Shown: positions 17,521-30,490 of the stretch, piece by piece
Numbering within the stretch: the stretch's first letter is position 1
How the letters are laid out: the number at the start of each line of letters is the position of its first letter
Assembly (NCBI GenBank): GCA_030390025.1
Contig: CM059432.1
Location: 71,302,001 to 71,366,000, forward strand
DNA from: Squalus acanthias
Lineage: Eukaryota
DNA length: 64,000 nucleotides
Direction of reading: 5' to 3'
The notes under the pieces: model-generated
What the model saw: only the letters and a program-made list of their open reading frames with translations
Told to the model about the DNA's origin: nothing
Database searches by the model: none
Position numbers and translations under genes: made by a program

Positions 17521-18590
17521 GTACTTCCATAGTGCTATTAGGGAGGGAGTTCCAGGATTTTGACCCAGTGACGCTGAAGGAACAACGATATATTTCTAAG
17601 TAAGGATGGTGTGTGACTTGGAAGGGAACTTGGAGGTGATGGTGTTGCCATGCGCCTGCTGCCCTTGTCCTTCTAGATGGTAGAGGTCGCGGGTTTGGGA
17701 GGTGCTGTCGAAGAAGCCTTGGCGAGTTGCTGCAGTGCATCTTGTAGATGGTACACACTGCAGCCACGGTGCACCGGTGGTGGAGGGAGTGAATGATTAA
17801 GGTGCTGGATGGGGTGCCAATCAAACGGGCTGCTTTATCCTGGATGGTGTTGAGATTCTTGAGTGTTTTTGGAGCTGCACTCATCCAGGCAAGTGGAGAG
17901 TATTCCATCACACTCCTGACTTTGTGCCTTGTAGATGGTGGAAAGGCTTGGAGAAGCAGGAGGTGAGACACTCGCCGCAGAATACCCAGCCTCTGACCTG
18001 CTCTTATAGCCACAGTGTTTATGTGGCTCGTCCAGTTAAGTTTCTGGTCAATGGTGACCACCAGGATGTTGATGGTGGGGAATTTGCTGATGGTAATATC
18101 TTTGAATGTCAAGGGGCGGTAGTTAGACTCTTTCTTGTTGGAGATAGTCATTGCCTGGCACAATTGTTACATGCCACTTATCAGCCCAAACCTGAATGTT
18201 GTCCAGGTCTTGCTGCATGTGGGCAGGGACTGCTTCATTATCTGAGGAGTTGCGAATGGAACTGAATACTGTGCAATCATCAGCGAACATCCCCATGCCT
18301 AATCTTATGATGGAGGGAAGGTCATTGATGAAGCAGCTGAAGATGGTTGGGCCTAGGACACTACCCTGAGGAACTCCTGCAGCGATGTCCTGGGGCTGTG
18401 GTGATTGACCTCCAACACCCACAACCATCTTCCTTTATTACTCCAGCCAGTGGAGAGTTTTCCCCCTGATTCCCATTGACTTCAGTTTTACTCGGGCTCC
18501 TTGATGCCACACTTGGTCAAATGCTGCCTTGATGTCAAGGGCAGTCACTCTCACCTCACCTCTGGAATTCAGCCCTTTTGTCCATGTTAG
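17521..18590 (-). mobile_element. CR1/L2-group LINE RT fragment (pseudogenised)
   Basis: ALDIKAAFD, GVPQGSVLGP and MFADD motifs spread over broken ORFs. Confidence 0.88.
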
Positions 18591-19195
18591 TTCAAACATG
18601 TTCTGCTCCATTTGACATCTATGCCTCAGTCTTTCACTTGGAAATGTACTGTTAATAAGGTGACTGCCCGAGAACGCCACACCGATTCTTTAGACCCGAC
18701 CTTCAGCCTCCTGCTGATGTTACCGCCGGAAAGAGCATGTTGCACAGGAGCTTCTACACTTATTTAAATCAACAGGCAACACCAAAATACCGTTTTTTGC
18801 GGACAGCCGTTTTTAGGCTTAATCGAATTTCTAGGCCTAAATCTTCAGTTTACTTGTTCATTAGGGATAATGCTGATGTGAACTCTTATTGGAAAAGAAC
18901 AGTGAAAGGTTGACCTTTGCAGGAAAACTTTAATTTTCATTCCATGGCAACCTTTTCTAAATAGACCCTTGTACACATATTGACATTTATGAAGATTAAC
19001 AGATTGGCAGCAACTCGGAATCTGTGTGAAATGTAGATCTATAAATAATTGTGCGGAACAGAAACCCATGTCAGAGGGGCAACAGTTGGTGAAGATGCTG
19101 ATAAGCTTTCAGTGGTTGAAGTTGTGTCAGTGCCTGGGATTGTGTGTTCTATTCCTGAGCTGCTTGATTTTCAGTGTTCACTCACAGACATAGTG

Positions 19196-19909
19196 GAGGG
19201 AATTTTTACCTGAAGAAACGGTGGTTTTGGAGTGTGGGGGTGGTTAAATTGTTAAAAATCGGAATCTGACCTCTACCCACCTCCAACCCGCCCACTTCCG
19301 GTTTTAATGGAGGCAGGATGGGGGGCGGAACGGGTGCAGGCAGCCAACCCACTGCCAGGAGGTGGGACACCAATTTAAATGTCATAATGAGGCTGGAAGC
19401 CTCTTCTTTAACCACCATTTTGTTTTTAACTCTATCTGTTCGGGTTTTACACACTTCGTAAAATCCAGCAGCTACAGCAAGACGAGGACTATGCATCCAG
19501 GAGGTAAGTGCTTTTATACCTACCTCCTGGATCCAGGGTCCCTGCCTAACCCACCCCCTGCGATCGTAGACCCCTTCATGAGGCCTCCGACTGCCTTCGC
19601 GGACACCCTCCCCCACGATCATCATGAGGCCAATCACGATCCTCTGGTGGTCGGCCTCAATTTGATCTTCCCCCCACCCATGCGATCCCTCCCTCCCTCC
19701 TCTGTGCAGCCTAGTGCTACAGGCCTACCCGCCCGCAGCCAGCCAGCCTCTCCATCTGGCTGGCTGCAGGCGGGAAATGGAGGCTTCAGACACAAATCAG
19801 GCCCCGCCGTTAAAGTAGGCAGGGCCTGCGGAAAACCCGTTCTCTCGGTTTTCCCACCCCCATCAGAGTCCCCCGCCCCCAACCCGCCTTCCCCATTAAA
19901 ATCCAGCCC
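19196..19909. mobile_element. Non-autonomous Harbinger-type element (MITE)
   Basis: Right end AAAATCCAGCCC matches the TIR of 43181-44024; left end is degenerate. Confidence 0.55.
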
Positions 19910-20465
19910 TCTCAATTGAAACCTTTTGTTGTAATATGTTTAGTGTCATAAAAGTCACTTCATGTTTCTCTCTGATTTCACCAACAATGGCTCTATCAGT
20001 GGCTTTTAGTTATAAACCTGATTACAAAATTCTCAGTAGTTTTCAACAATGACACTTTAGCTCAGATTTTAACCTAATCCACCCAATGGGAACAGGGTGG
20101 GTTTGAGTCCGATGCTTATTTTACACCTGGGTTGATTTTACGCTCCATTAAACTCAATGAGCCTTTTAATTCTGAGTCCAGTCAAAGTGAACTTCAGTTT
20201 CTAATTCAATCATTACAGTACACTTTCAAATTTAAAGTAATTTTATAGCATGCCCCATGCTTCATTTAAGGTTTCTGCATGAAGCTGCCACTTTATCTAT
20301 TTCAGTTTTAGAGCAATGTTTGGTTTGGACAGTGCATAATTTTTCAGTGTTTAGCCAGTGTTAAATAAATATTTGTTGGGCTTGTATAGGTGGCATTTCC
20401 TCCAGTGCAACTCCATAGGATATAGAAAATAACTTCTAAGCACAAGTACAGAACCCTTGAAAGAC

Positions 20466-20768
20466 AGAACTTGCATTTATATAGCACCTTTCACATCCTG
20501 AAGACATCCTGCAGCCAATAAATTACTTTTTGAAGTGTAGTCACTGTTATTCTGTAAGCAAATATGTACACAACCTATTTACGCATGACAAGATCCCACA
20601 AACGCAAATCAGATGATTGGCCAGTTAATCTGTTTTGCAGGTGTTGGTTTAGGGAAAAATGTTGGTCAGGACACTAGGATACCTCCCTACTCTTTGAATA
20701 GTGCCATGAGATCCTTAACGTCCACCTGAAGAGGCAGATGGGGCCTTGTTTTAATGCCTCATCCAAAA
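20466..20768 (-). mobile_element. SINE fragment (Deu-domain/SacSINE-like); smaller pieces at about 42594-42690 and 50325-50410
   Basis: Recurrent TTGCATTTATATAGCAC...TTTGAAGTGTAGTCACTGTT block found three times; family assignment is from memory. Confidence 0.6.
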
Positions 20769-21082
20769 TATGGATAATCCACTCTTTAACATCAAACTCA
20801 TAAGTGGATATATCTAAGATTTCCTGTGCAGCTGTTATGATAGCTAACTGCTGGTGGAATAATTCCCACATTCCCCACGGTCAACTGTTACAAATTTGTC
20901 AATGCCAATGAAAGTCTCCGCAAGCAGGAGCACTTGTAGAATTTTCAAATCAGTATGGAAGTAATCCCTACGGGTTGCTTATTTCCTTCCATTAACAGAG
21001 TGACTCCCGCCAACGATCGGAAGCTGCGCAGAAGCGTACTGTGCATTAATCTGGAACCAGAGGCTTCTTTTTTTTCCACAGT

Positions 21083-21291
21083 GCATTTTTCCTCACAGCC
21101 TGCTCTCTCCCAGCATTTTTCCTCACAGCTCGCTCTCTCCCGGCATTTTTCCTCACAGCCCGCTCTCTCCTGGCATTTTTCCTCACAGCCCGCTCTCTCC
21201 CGGCATTTTTCCTCACAGCCCGCTCTCTCCCGGCATTTTTCCTCACAGCCCGCTCTCTCCCGGCATTTTTCCTCACAGCCCGCTCTCTCCC
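21083..21291. repeat. Minisatellite, 7 x 30 bp
   Basis: Unit GCATTTTTCCTCACAGCCCGCTCTCTCCCG with few substitutions. Confidence 0.95.
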
Positions 21292-21970
21292 TGTGAACAG
21301 TGAGCCTGCTGGAAGATTCAGTTAAAAATAAGCAATTGCTATGGCATGACACCAAACCTTCAGCAGGCTTTTTATCTTGCTCAACAGTTTTCAAGGCCAC
21401 TTTCATCACATAAAATGTATTCCTCAGTGCATTTTGCTGGTAGTATCTGGCTTTACACATTTATGTACTGACATGCTATCTTTCCTCAAAATGAACTGTG
21501 ACATCTTTTGAGATGGACAATTATTTGATTTTATTAAAAGATTTCAACATGATGGATGAGAAGGATTTATAAGTAATCAGAACCTTGATATTCTATTACC
21601 ACTTTCATTTCACAAGTTTGTACCTAATTCCATGTGTTTTGGAGATAATACATCATCACATATATGGAATTCTATGAAATTCTTGGCAACTCAAAGGTAT
21701 ACTGGAATATCGGGCATACAGTAAAACTTAAGTTATAATTTTGTGCAGAATTATCAATTCAATTTTTAAATGTAATCTTTCTTCATTATTCTAATAGTTA
21801 TTTACCTCCCCATTTTTAGTTTCCTTTGTACCAGTCTAAGAATGGGCAGGTAGCTAGGAATCCACCAATACTGCTTTGGCCAGCAAGTAAGTAAATCGGC
21901 CCTATTTGGAGCCAGTAAACCATGTCAAACTTGCATTCTGTCTTTCCCTCGAATGCTTGGGAAACCCTTT

Positions 21971-22167
21971 GGGGCGATTTTCTCAGCCCTGAGGAGGCGG
22001 GTATGGAGGCGGGACTGCTGGGAAAGTGGCAGAATTTGCCAGGTGGGCTTAACAAGGTCAATCAGGGGAAAATCCGGCTGGTTGGCCAGAAGCTGATGGA
22101 GGCGGGACTGAAACCCGACAAGTGGGAGTCCAGCCTCCAAAAGCTTCCCATTCAGAAAATCACCCCC
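21971..22167. mobile_element. Short MITE (internally deleted relative of 43181-44024)
   Basis: TIR GGGGCGATTTTCT/AGAAAATCACCCC, TTT on both flanks, shared internal sequence. Confidence 0.7.
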
Positions 22168-22719
22168 TTTGTATCTCAGTGGGGTAGAGTGTGTATGTAG
22201 GCTGCAGTTCAACAGAACATCTAGCCTGTGTCAGTTCCTGGAACTAGAGCTGGAGCCAAGGAGCACTCTCAGTGGAAGTGAAGGTCACCACTACACTAAC
22301 TTTGTACTCCAATGGGTCCTTCCATGTACCATTAGGAAAAATTGGTAGATTCTGGATTTGCTCTGTATCATAAGTTAAAGATGTCTTTTGCCATGTGTCT
22401 GCATACATGGGGTGAACTTTGGTATGGAGCATCTCTGGATAGAAGCATGGATCTCAGAATCACCTTTACAGTGAACCAGCCATCTCCCTGACCTGCACTC
22501 CTGTCAAGCATTGTTCCTCTATGCGCTCTGCTGAGGTGATTATTTAAGCCCAAGCACAAAATAGGAAAATCTGCCCCAGTGTATTTTAAAGTAAAAATGT
22601 GTAATGTACAGTTGAGTGTCATCCAATAGTGTATGTTTATTGAAGCATAAAAGTGCACTGTAACAATCGGAGGATGCAAAGGTAACTGTGGATTGGGACA
22701 AAAAATAAGAGCTGTCATT

Positions 22720-23520
22720 TAATGTAGCAAAAGGCAAAATGATGAAGCTGTAGAAGCGGAACAAACAGTCTGAATATAAATTACATAGGAACAATCTACA
22801 GGAAATCATACAGAGGTATCTGGGGGATTATATTGAAAAACACCCTCAATCCATCAGTCCCATATGCAGTGGTGGTGAAAAAGGCAAACAGGATCTTAGG
22901 ATTTATAGCTTGAAGGATGAACATAAGTCCCAGGGAGTTATCATACCTTGTACAAAGCATTGCTCTGCCCCCACCTGCACTATTGTGTACAGTTCTGAGC
23001 TGAGCACCATACCACAGGAGGACATCTTGGCCTTGGAAGGGCAACTAAGTTGGTAAATGTAATTAGACGTGAGCTGTGAGGAAAGTCTAAGGGTACTCGA
23101 GATTTATTGCAAAATAGTCAGCTTAGAGGTGATTTGTTTAAGATAGTTAAGATCGTCAAGGGAATGAATAAACTGAATCATGGAATACTGTTCAATATTA
23201 ATACAAGTTCTAGCACATGGGGATATGAACTCAGGCTTAGACGTGAAAAGGTATATACGCAGTTAAGACGTAGGCTGGGATTTTCCTCGCCGCTGCTTCT
23301 GCTCCGTCACCGTAACTTTGCTGAAAGTGGCAGAAACCCTGTTTATACGTGTAAACCGGGTTTCTGGTACACTTCCCAGCCATAATTTCTTTATGCAGAG
23401 GATTGCAAACATGTGATCAGTCTACCCAGGGATGCAATGGAAGCAGAGAATGTTATTAAATTTAAGAGGATGGTGGGTATATTTTTGGCAAACAGGACTA
23501 TTGCATGCTATTAGAGGTAA
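22720..23520 (+). mobile_element. Old degenerate CR1 LINE 3' fragment
   Basis: Degenerate KANR.LG.I, LRGDL and RGH.LRL-type CR1 ORF2 C-terminal motifs. Confidence 0.6.
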
Positions 23521-24504
23521 AGTGGTGTAAGAAAGCTGTTAACTTTGGGACTAATAGATGGAGGTAGCTGTTTCTAGTTGTGTACAGTCCTCTGTTCCTA
23601 AGGAAATTGGGACCTGTGGGGGGTTAGTTTATGTATGTATAGTGGTGTGTCATGGTTTCCTAGAAGTATTGAAATAAAATAGTTGCTCGTGATGTATTCA
23701 AATGTGTCCTATTAGTCCTTGATATCTCTGAGATGAGTTAATATCAATTAATATTGTGCTTCATTCCAGTTGATGGGTGAACTGAGACTGGATCTTTTTA
23801 ATTTGTTTTGGTTCATATATGGCAGCTCAGGAGCCACATTAATAATACTAAAATCCTAGATAATAAAATGAATCTCAATCCATTTTTCCTACAACTTGAA
23901 GAACGCCTTGATCATAGACATCAGGTAGTTGATTTTATGAGCTAGTGGGCGTGAAGGTTGAGATACCGAAATGTGGTGCTCCAGATTTTGGAATTATAAA
24001 TTTTAATGACCAGAATATTGGGAGAGCGGTGACTTGGCTTTGGCAACCTCTGCACTCAGTTACTTTTTCTGCCCTCTGGTCTAGCAAGGCTCTGCACAGG
24101 GAGTGCTGACTTGTAATATTTGCCCACAATGTTATGATTTTAATTCTTATGCTATTACCGCCATCCACATTCTGAAAACCTATGAACTGCTGTATATTTG
24201 ACTACTGTGTTTTGAAATAATATTTGCTTGTCACAAAAGAAGCTATGTACTCACACATTGTTCAAGGGACTGGATGTGCTGGGAATTTAAAATCTGTGAA
24301 ATATTTAATGTGATGGAATGAATTAAAAATTAATGAATAAGCATATTGGCCATAAATTTCCTTGGTCCAGTGAAAAGATTCGAACAATGGTGGGGTGGAA
24401 CTTCCACCAGGGAGTGACACGCAGGGTCAGATTATTAGCATATTCTGTGAGTGCAACCTTTTATTGGTTAATTTCCAGGATTGATGGCTGGTGCCATCAC
24501 CAAT

Positions 24505-25270
24505 AAAAAAAGGTAGCAAGTGCCCCCTTTTGAAGGGGCACAACCAATAAACTGTAAAATAGTTCAAATTTAAAATAAACTTAAACAGATTAAATAAAAA
24601 TTTTGTTTCGGGGGTGATGAAGCACATCAGTCCCTCCGGTGCCCACCGATCGCGGAAGGCCTCAAGCATGCATGTGGACACCACATGCTCCATTTCCAGG
24701 GACATGCGGGCGCGAATATAGCCCCAGAAGAGAGGCAGGCAGTCAGACCGAATAAACTCCCCCCCCCCACCGCCCCCCCCCACCGACTGCGTGCTGCCTG
24801 GACCTGTTAATGGCCAACTTGGCCAGGCCCAGAAGCAGTCCTATGAGGAGGTTCTCTGACCTGCCCGCTCCCCTCTGCACCGGGTGACCAAAGATCAGGA
24901 GTGTGGGAGTGAAGTGCAGCCAAAAATTGAGGAGAAGCCCCTTCAAATAGTGGAAGAGGGGCTGCAATCTCTCACACTCAACGTATACATGGAACTCGGA
25001 CTTCTCCAGGCTGCAGAAATTGCAGACGGCCTGGGAGTCTGTGAACCTACTTAAAACCTTATTGCAAGGGACTGCCCTATGTAACACTCTCCACGCCAAA
25101 TCCCCAATCAATAAAGGGAAGACTCCTGCATAGAGAGCCCACCATTGGGGGCCCCGCCTCCTCTGGACAGCAAGATGGTACACCAGGGTGTGTCCGGACG
25201 ACAGTCAAGGATGATAAAGTGGAGAGTGTGCAACAGCAGCCCATACAGGTCTATGAGTGCAACTTCCAAG
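24505..25270 (-). mobile_element. L1/Tx1-clade LINE 3' fragment
   Basis: LAWRVLH...CNFC...EFHVYVEC zinc-finger (zf-RVT-like) C-terminus of ORF2. Confidence 0.75.
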
Positions 25271-25289
25271 TAAAACAGGAGATCAGACT

Positions 25290-26080
25290 CGGGCGTAAGG
25301 TGCAGCATTATAAAGTTTGCAAATGATACGAAACCTGGTGAAGTAATAGATAGTGATAAGGATAGTTAGAGGCTTCAGGATGACATGGACAGGATGGTGA
25401 AATTGGGAGAAACATGGCAGATGGAATTCAATGTGGAGAAGTGTGAAGTGATGCATTTTGGGAGGACTAATATGGAAAGACAGTATACTATAAATGGCAC
25501 GATTTTGAAAAGTGTAGATGAGCAGAGAGACCTTGGTATCCATATACACAAATCCTTAAAGGTGGCATAGCAAGTTGATAGGTGGTTAAAAAAGCATATG
25601 GGTTACTTGGGATTATAAATAGAGGAATAGAATATTAAAGCAAAGAGATCATACTGGAACTTTATAAATCACTAGTTAGGCCTTGGCTGGAGTATTGTGG
25701 ACAATTCTGGACACCACAATTCAGGAAATATGTAAAGGCCTTAGAAAGGGTACAGTGGAGGTTTACCAGGATGTTACCAAGGATGAGGGACTTCAGTTAT
25801 GAGGAGAGGTTGGAAAGGTTAGGACTGTTCTCCTTGGAACAGAGGTTAAGAGGTGACCTAATAGAGGTTTTCAAGATGATGAGAGGTTTTGATAGAGTAA
25901 ATAGGGAAAAAATATTCCCTCTGGCAAGAGGGTCAATAACGAGAGGTCATAGGGGAGATGAGGAGCATTTTTTTCACTGAGTTGTCGGGATAGGAACGCT
26001 GTACCTGAAAAGGTGGTGGAAGCTGATTCCATAAATAATTTTAAAAGGGAGTTGGACAGGTACTTGAGGATGAGGAACTA
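25290..26080 (+). mobile_element. CR1 LINE 3' fragment
   Basis: WQMEFNVEKCEVMHFG, RDLG and SYEERL.RLGLFSLE motifs, with stops. Confidence 0.88.
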
Positions 26081-26099
26081 AATATTTCAGGATACTTAA

Positions 26100-27117
26100 C
26101 TTTTAGAAGAGATAGGCAAAATGGAAAAGGAGGAGGGGGAGCCCTGATAATAAAGGATGGGATAAGACAATAGAAAAGATCTTAGCTCCGAAAATCAAGA
26201 AGTAGAATCAGTTTGGGTGGAGCTAAGAAACAGGAAGCAGAAAACATTGGTGGGAGTTGTTTATAGGCCCCCAAACAGTAGTTGTAATGTAGGGCAGAGT
26301 ATAAATCAGGAAATTAGAGGCACATGTAACAAGGGTAATACAGTAATCATGGGGGACTTTAATCTACATATAGACTGTGCAAACTAAATTTGCAGCAATA
26401 GTGTGGAGGACAAATTCATGGAATGTATACAAGATAGTTTTCTAGATCAGTATGTTGAGGAACCAACTAGGGAACAGGCTGTTTTAGATCTAGTATTCTG
26501 CAATGAGAAAGAGTTAATTAATAACCTTGTAGTAAAGTGGCCTTTAGGGAAGAGTGGCCATAATATGATAGAATTTTATATTAAGTTTGAAAGTGATTTA
26601 GTTAAACCCAAAACTAGCGTCACAAATCTAAACAAAGCAAACTATGTAGGTATGAGGGGCAAGTTGGCTAAGGTAGGTTGGGAAACTACATTAAAAGGTA
26701 TGACAGTAGACAAGCAATGGCTAGCATTTAAAGAATTAATACATAATTTACAACAAATATACATTCCTTTAAGGCGCAAAAACCCCACAGGAAAAGTGGT
26801 CCAACCGTGGCCAACAAGAGAAGTTAAAGATAGTTTTAGATCAAAGGAAGAGGCTTGTAATGTTGCCAAAAAGAGTAGTAAGCCTGAGGATTGGGAGGAT
26901 TTTAGAATTCAGCAAAGGAGGACCAAGAAATTGATAAAGAAAGGGAAAATAGAATGAGAGTAAACTAGCAAGAAACATAAAAACAGACTGTATAAGCTTC
27001 TATAGGTATGTAAAAAGGAAAAGATTAGCAAAAGTAAATGTGGGTCCCTTTCAGGCTGAGACAGGAGAAATTATAATGGGGAATAAGGAAATGGCAGAGA
27101 AATTAAACAAATACTTT
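26100..27117 (+). mobile_element. CR1 LINE ORF2 endonuclease-region fragment
   Basis: GVVYRPP, MGDFN and PTREQAVLDLVF APE-endonuclease motifs; ends at a Harbinger TIR. Confidence 0.85.
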
Positions 27118-27396
27118 GGCCGCAATTTTGCCATAGGAGGCGGGTTGGAGTTGGGTTAGAGTCGGGTTGGCTGGTCGGCGGGTTCCGGTCCCGCTGCCAG
27201 TTTCAGCTGCTCCGAAATAACAATTTTCACTTAGCTGAGCTTATTAAGCCCAGCGTGCGCGCTACCCGGCCCAATCAGTGGGTGCGGGTGTGCTGCTCGC
27301 CTCTGCTGACGTCTTCCATTCAGGAGCTTTTAAGGGGCCCATGTAGCCTTTGGATTTCATTTCTTACTGCTGCTTCTGAAAACGTTTCTTTGGAAC

Positions 27397-29309
27397 ATGA
27401 CTGCTGCAAGATCTAAGGCTGCTCCTCGATTTGATGATGACTCCCACCATGTTCTTGTGGAGGGAGTAAGAGGGCGCAGGGAGGTTCTGTTCCCTCTCGA
27501 TGGCCGGAGGAGGCCTCCTCAGCAAACCAAGGCAGCCTGGCTGCAAATTGCTGAGGAGGTAAGCACAAGGTCTTTGTGCTCACGCACCTGGGTGCAGAGC
27601 CGAAAAAGGTTCAATGATCTGCTACGCTCAGCAAAAGTAAGTATCACATCACACTTACCTTCAATCTGCTTCCCTTCTCTTCTCATCACCAGCACTCTGC
27701 ATTGTCAACCTACTCCTCCACATCCCAACTTACCCTTACTTCCCTTGCACCCTTACCTCTCTATCTCTCTCTCTGTACTGAATCACTTCACCATCCTACT
27801 ATGAACCCCTCACACTCGCTTTCACTGTTATGCAATGACAACAACTAACAACGCACAGGGAGGCACCTTGGTTTTGGCACTTCACTCCATCTTTGTCTCC
27901 CTCTAAGCTTCTATGTTATGGATTCTTTACACTCACTCCATCAATCTCGCTGAAGCTCCACTTGTGTCCCTCATTGCAGGAAAAGAGAGCCCACAATAAG
28001 AGGGAGAGAGGGAGGACAGGAGGAGGCCCCACCATCCCTGACGACTTTAACAAACACTGAGGAGGCTGTTCTCGGCATCGTGGGAGCTGCAGAGGAGCTG
28101 GAAGTGGGGGACGGAGAGACGGACGTAGTCGAACAAGCTGGTGACAGAGTAGATTTGCAACCCTCTCATTTTGATTTCATGAGTGACTGATATGGCATCT
28201 GAGGTTCATACAGATTGAGTTCTGATCATCTGCACAAGTCGATGTGCATGCTACGTTAATATCACATGTCTAACTCATGCCTTTACTCCCCCACAGGACC
28301 ATCGAGAGCCCCCTCCCCACTGTCCATGAGGAAAAGCTGGACGACTCCTCAGAGGAAGCTGCAGCCTCTGAGGGAGCAGCGTCAGCAGAATTCAGCGCAC
28401 CCAGCACCAGTGCAGAGACGCACACCTCGGTGGGTCCTTCGCGACATAGAGTAGTGTTGTCACCTGGTGTTTCACAGCTCACAAGTGAACATCAGCAGAT
28501 GGTGGAGACAGCGACAGCGCTGGAGAGTCCTTGACGGAGGTCACAGGACGTTCCTAGCTCTGCTCAGCTGCATGTAGACATTGTGCCTCTGGGGCCATCC
28601 AGAAAGAGAGCGGTGCTGGAACTTCAGGAAGAAGTGCAAGAGGCTCTGACAAGGTTTGCATCCACAGTAACTGCGAGTGCGCAGGGAATGGAGGAGTCCA
28701 TGTCAAATATGAGCAATGCGGTGGTGCACGCAATGGCGAATGTAGGTGCCGCCATGGAAAGGATGGCAACCTCCATGGAGGACATAAATCGCCAGACTCA
28801 AATGAACATGGTGACTCTTCTAAATAGATGTTCTGCGATGGAGGTTAGATGGGCATCTATTGAGGAGAGGAACCAGAGGTACATGGATGTCCCCATTATG
28901 AGGACTGTCAGTACAGAGACGGGTCCTCATGGCCCCACTGATGTGCAGCAAGGTGCTCTCCAGCCACTTGTTAGCAGTGAAGTGCGGGTGACCCATGAGA
29001 GGGATGTTGGTGGTCGACAACCAGGAAGTGTGGGCTCCTCTCCAAGCGCTCACACTCCCATGCCACAGCGGAGCCCTCGGTCACAGCCCTCGATTCCTCA
29101 CCCAACTGAGATGGCCATCTCAGCCCCTGCACAGCCGCAGGAGGAGTAGACTATTGCAGAGCCCTCCAGCTCCCAAACCCAGAGGACACCCGCCAAAGGC
29201 ATCTAAGCAGGTGCAGCATAGAAGTGAGCAAGGTGCCTCTACATCTGCAGAAGCCACAGGGGAAGCACTACGTAGAAGCACGCGTAAGAGAAATTTAAGA
29301 CACAAATAA
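27397..29309 (+). pseudogene. Harbinger Myb/SANT DNA-binding protein gene; exons about 27397-27636, 27980-28140, 28297-29309
   Basis: APRF..., W..IA..V, RTW.Q.RKRFNDL motif; GT-AG introns; premature stops near 28532 and 29147. Confidence 0.8.
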
Positions 29310-29588
29310 TCACAAGGGTAGTCACTTGGGTGTTTTAATCTGATACAAATGTTTGTCATCGTCATTAGAAATGTATTAAAGAAAAGCGATGGCAAAGATT
29401 CAAAGAGTTGGCCTATGTGTACTCAGAAATGGAAGTTGCACAGTGAGGGTCAGGACGCCGTTCATCTGTAATGATGGTGGTAAGTGTGATAGGAAACCAA
29501 TTTATTGTACAGATGCTGTATGGCGTGTTAAGAAGGTCGGCCAGGCATTAATTTCCATGTGGTGGCCATATGTCGTTGATACGTAAAA

Positions 29589-30490
29589 TTATGCGAATCT
29601 GGCATGGATGAGTGCATCCCTTGCCTCACAGCCAGCAATGTGCTCGTGTACTGGTGGAATTGGCACATCCGCCCCCGCAAGGTGTCCCTCATCTGCCGCC
29701 TCCTCCTCCTCCTCCTCTTCCTCCTCTTCCTCCACTCCCTCCTCTTCCGAGGAGGCTTTGCACTGAGCCACTTGTTCCTCAGGCAACGCTAAGCCATGAT
29801 GCTGTGCGATGTTATGCAGGGCACAGCAGATCACGATGATTCTGGAGTCGCTGACTGGTGCATACGGTAGGGCTCCACCAGATCTGTCGAGGCATCTGAA
29901 TTGCATTTTGAGCAAGCCGATGGTTTGCTCTAATGCTTCTGGTGGAAATGTGGTTCAGATTGTACCGCTTCTCAGCTTCATTTGATGGTCTCCTCATCGG
30001 TGTCATTAGCCACTTTTTCAGGGGGTAGCCCTTGTCTCCAAGTAGCCATCCAGAAAGTTGGGTTGGTAGATTGAAGAGCTGAGGCACAGTAGACTGCTGC
30101 AGGATGCAAGATTCATGGCGACTGCCAGGGAACTTGGCGCAAACATGCATGATGTTCTTCCTGTGGTTACACACCAGCTGGACATTAAGGGAGTGGAAGC
30201 CCTTGCGGTTGACAAATACAGCTGGGATGTGATGGGGTGCCCTAATGGCAACATGTGTGCAGTCTACGACACCCTGCACCCTTGGCAAGCTTGCCATATT
30301 TGCAAAGCCAACCGCACGCGTGGTTACACTTGCTTCATCTGTGGAGAAGTGGATGTAATTGTGCGACTTTGCAAAGAGGGCATCGGTAACCTGCGTGATG
30401 CAAGTGTGTGCAGCCGACTGGGAAATGCTGCTGATGTTTGCTGATGATCCCTGGAAGGACCCTGAAGCAAAGAAGTTGAGTGCGGTGGTG
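29589..30490 (-). pseudogene. Harbinger (HARBI1-like) DDE transposase, 5'-truncated and frameshifted
   Basis: [19 protein letters not shown] and LLGDKGYPL motifs; acidic tail. Confidence 0.9.

Larger units (their letters stand above)
27118..30490. mobile_element. PIF/Harbinger element A (left TIR, Myb/SANT gene, convergent transposase; right end lost)
   Basis: GGCCGCAATTTT terminus; Myb-like and HARBI1-like coding remnants on opposite strands. Confidence 0.85.

Noticed and set aside
2651..18837. One large Harbinger element bounded by GGCCTAGAAATTCG and CGAATTTCTAGGCC enclosing the provirus
   Set aside because: The flanking triplets differ (ATA vs TAA) and this TIR type is common in the window, so the pairing is unsupported, although not excluded.
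20945..21460. ERAGCEEKCR-repeat protein or CRISPR-like array
   Set aside because: Head-to-tail minisatellite with no spacers, no cas genes and a eukaryotic context; the ORF is open because of the 30-bp unit.
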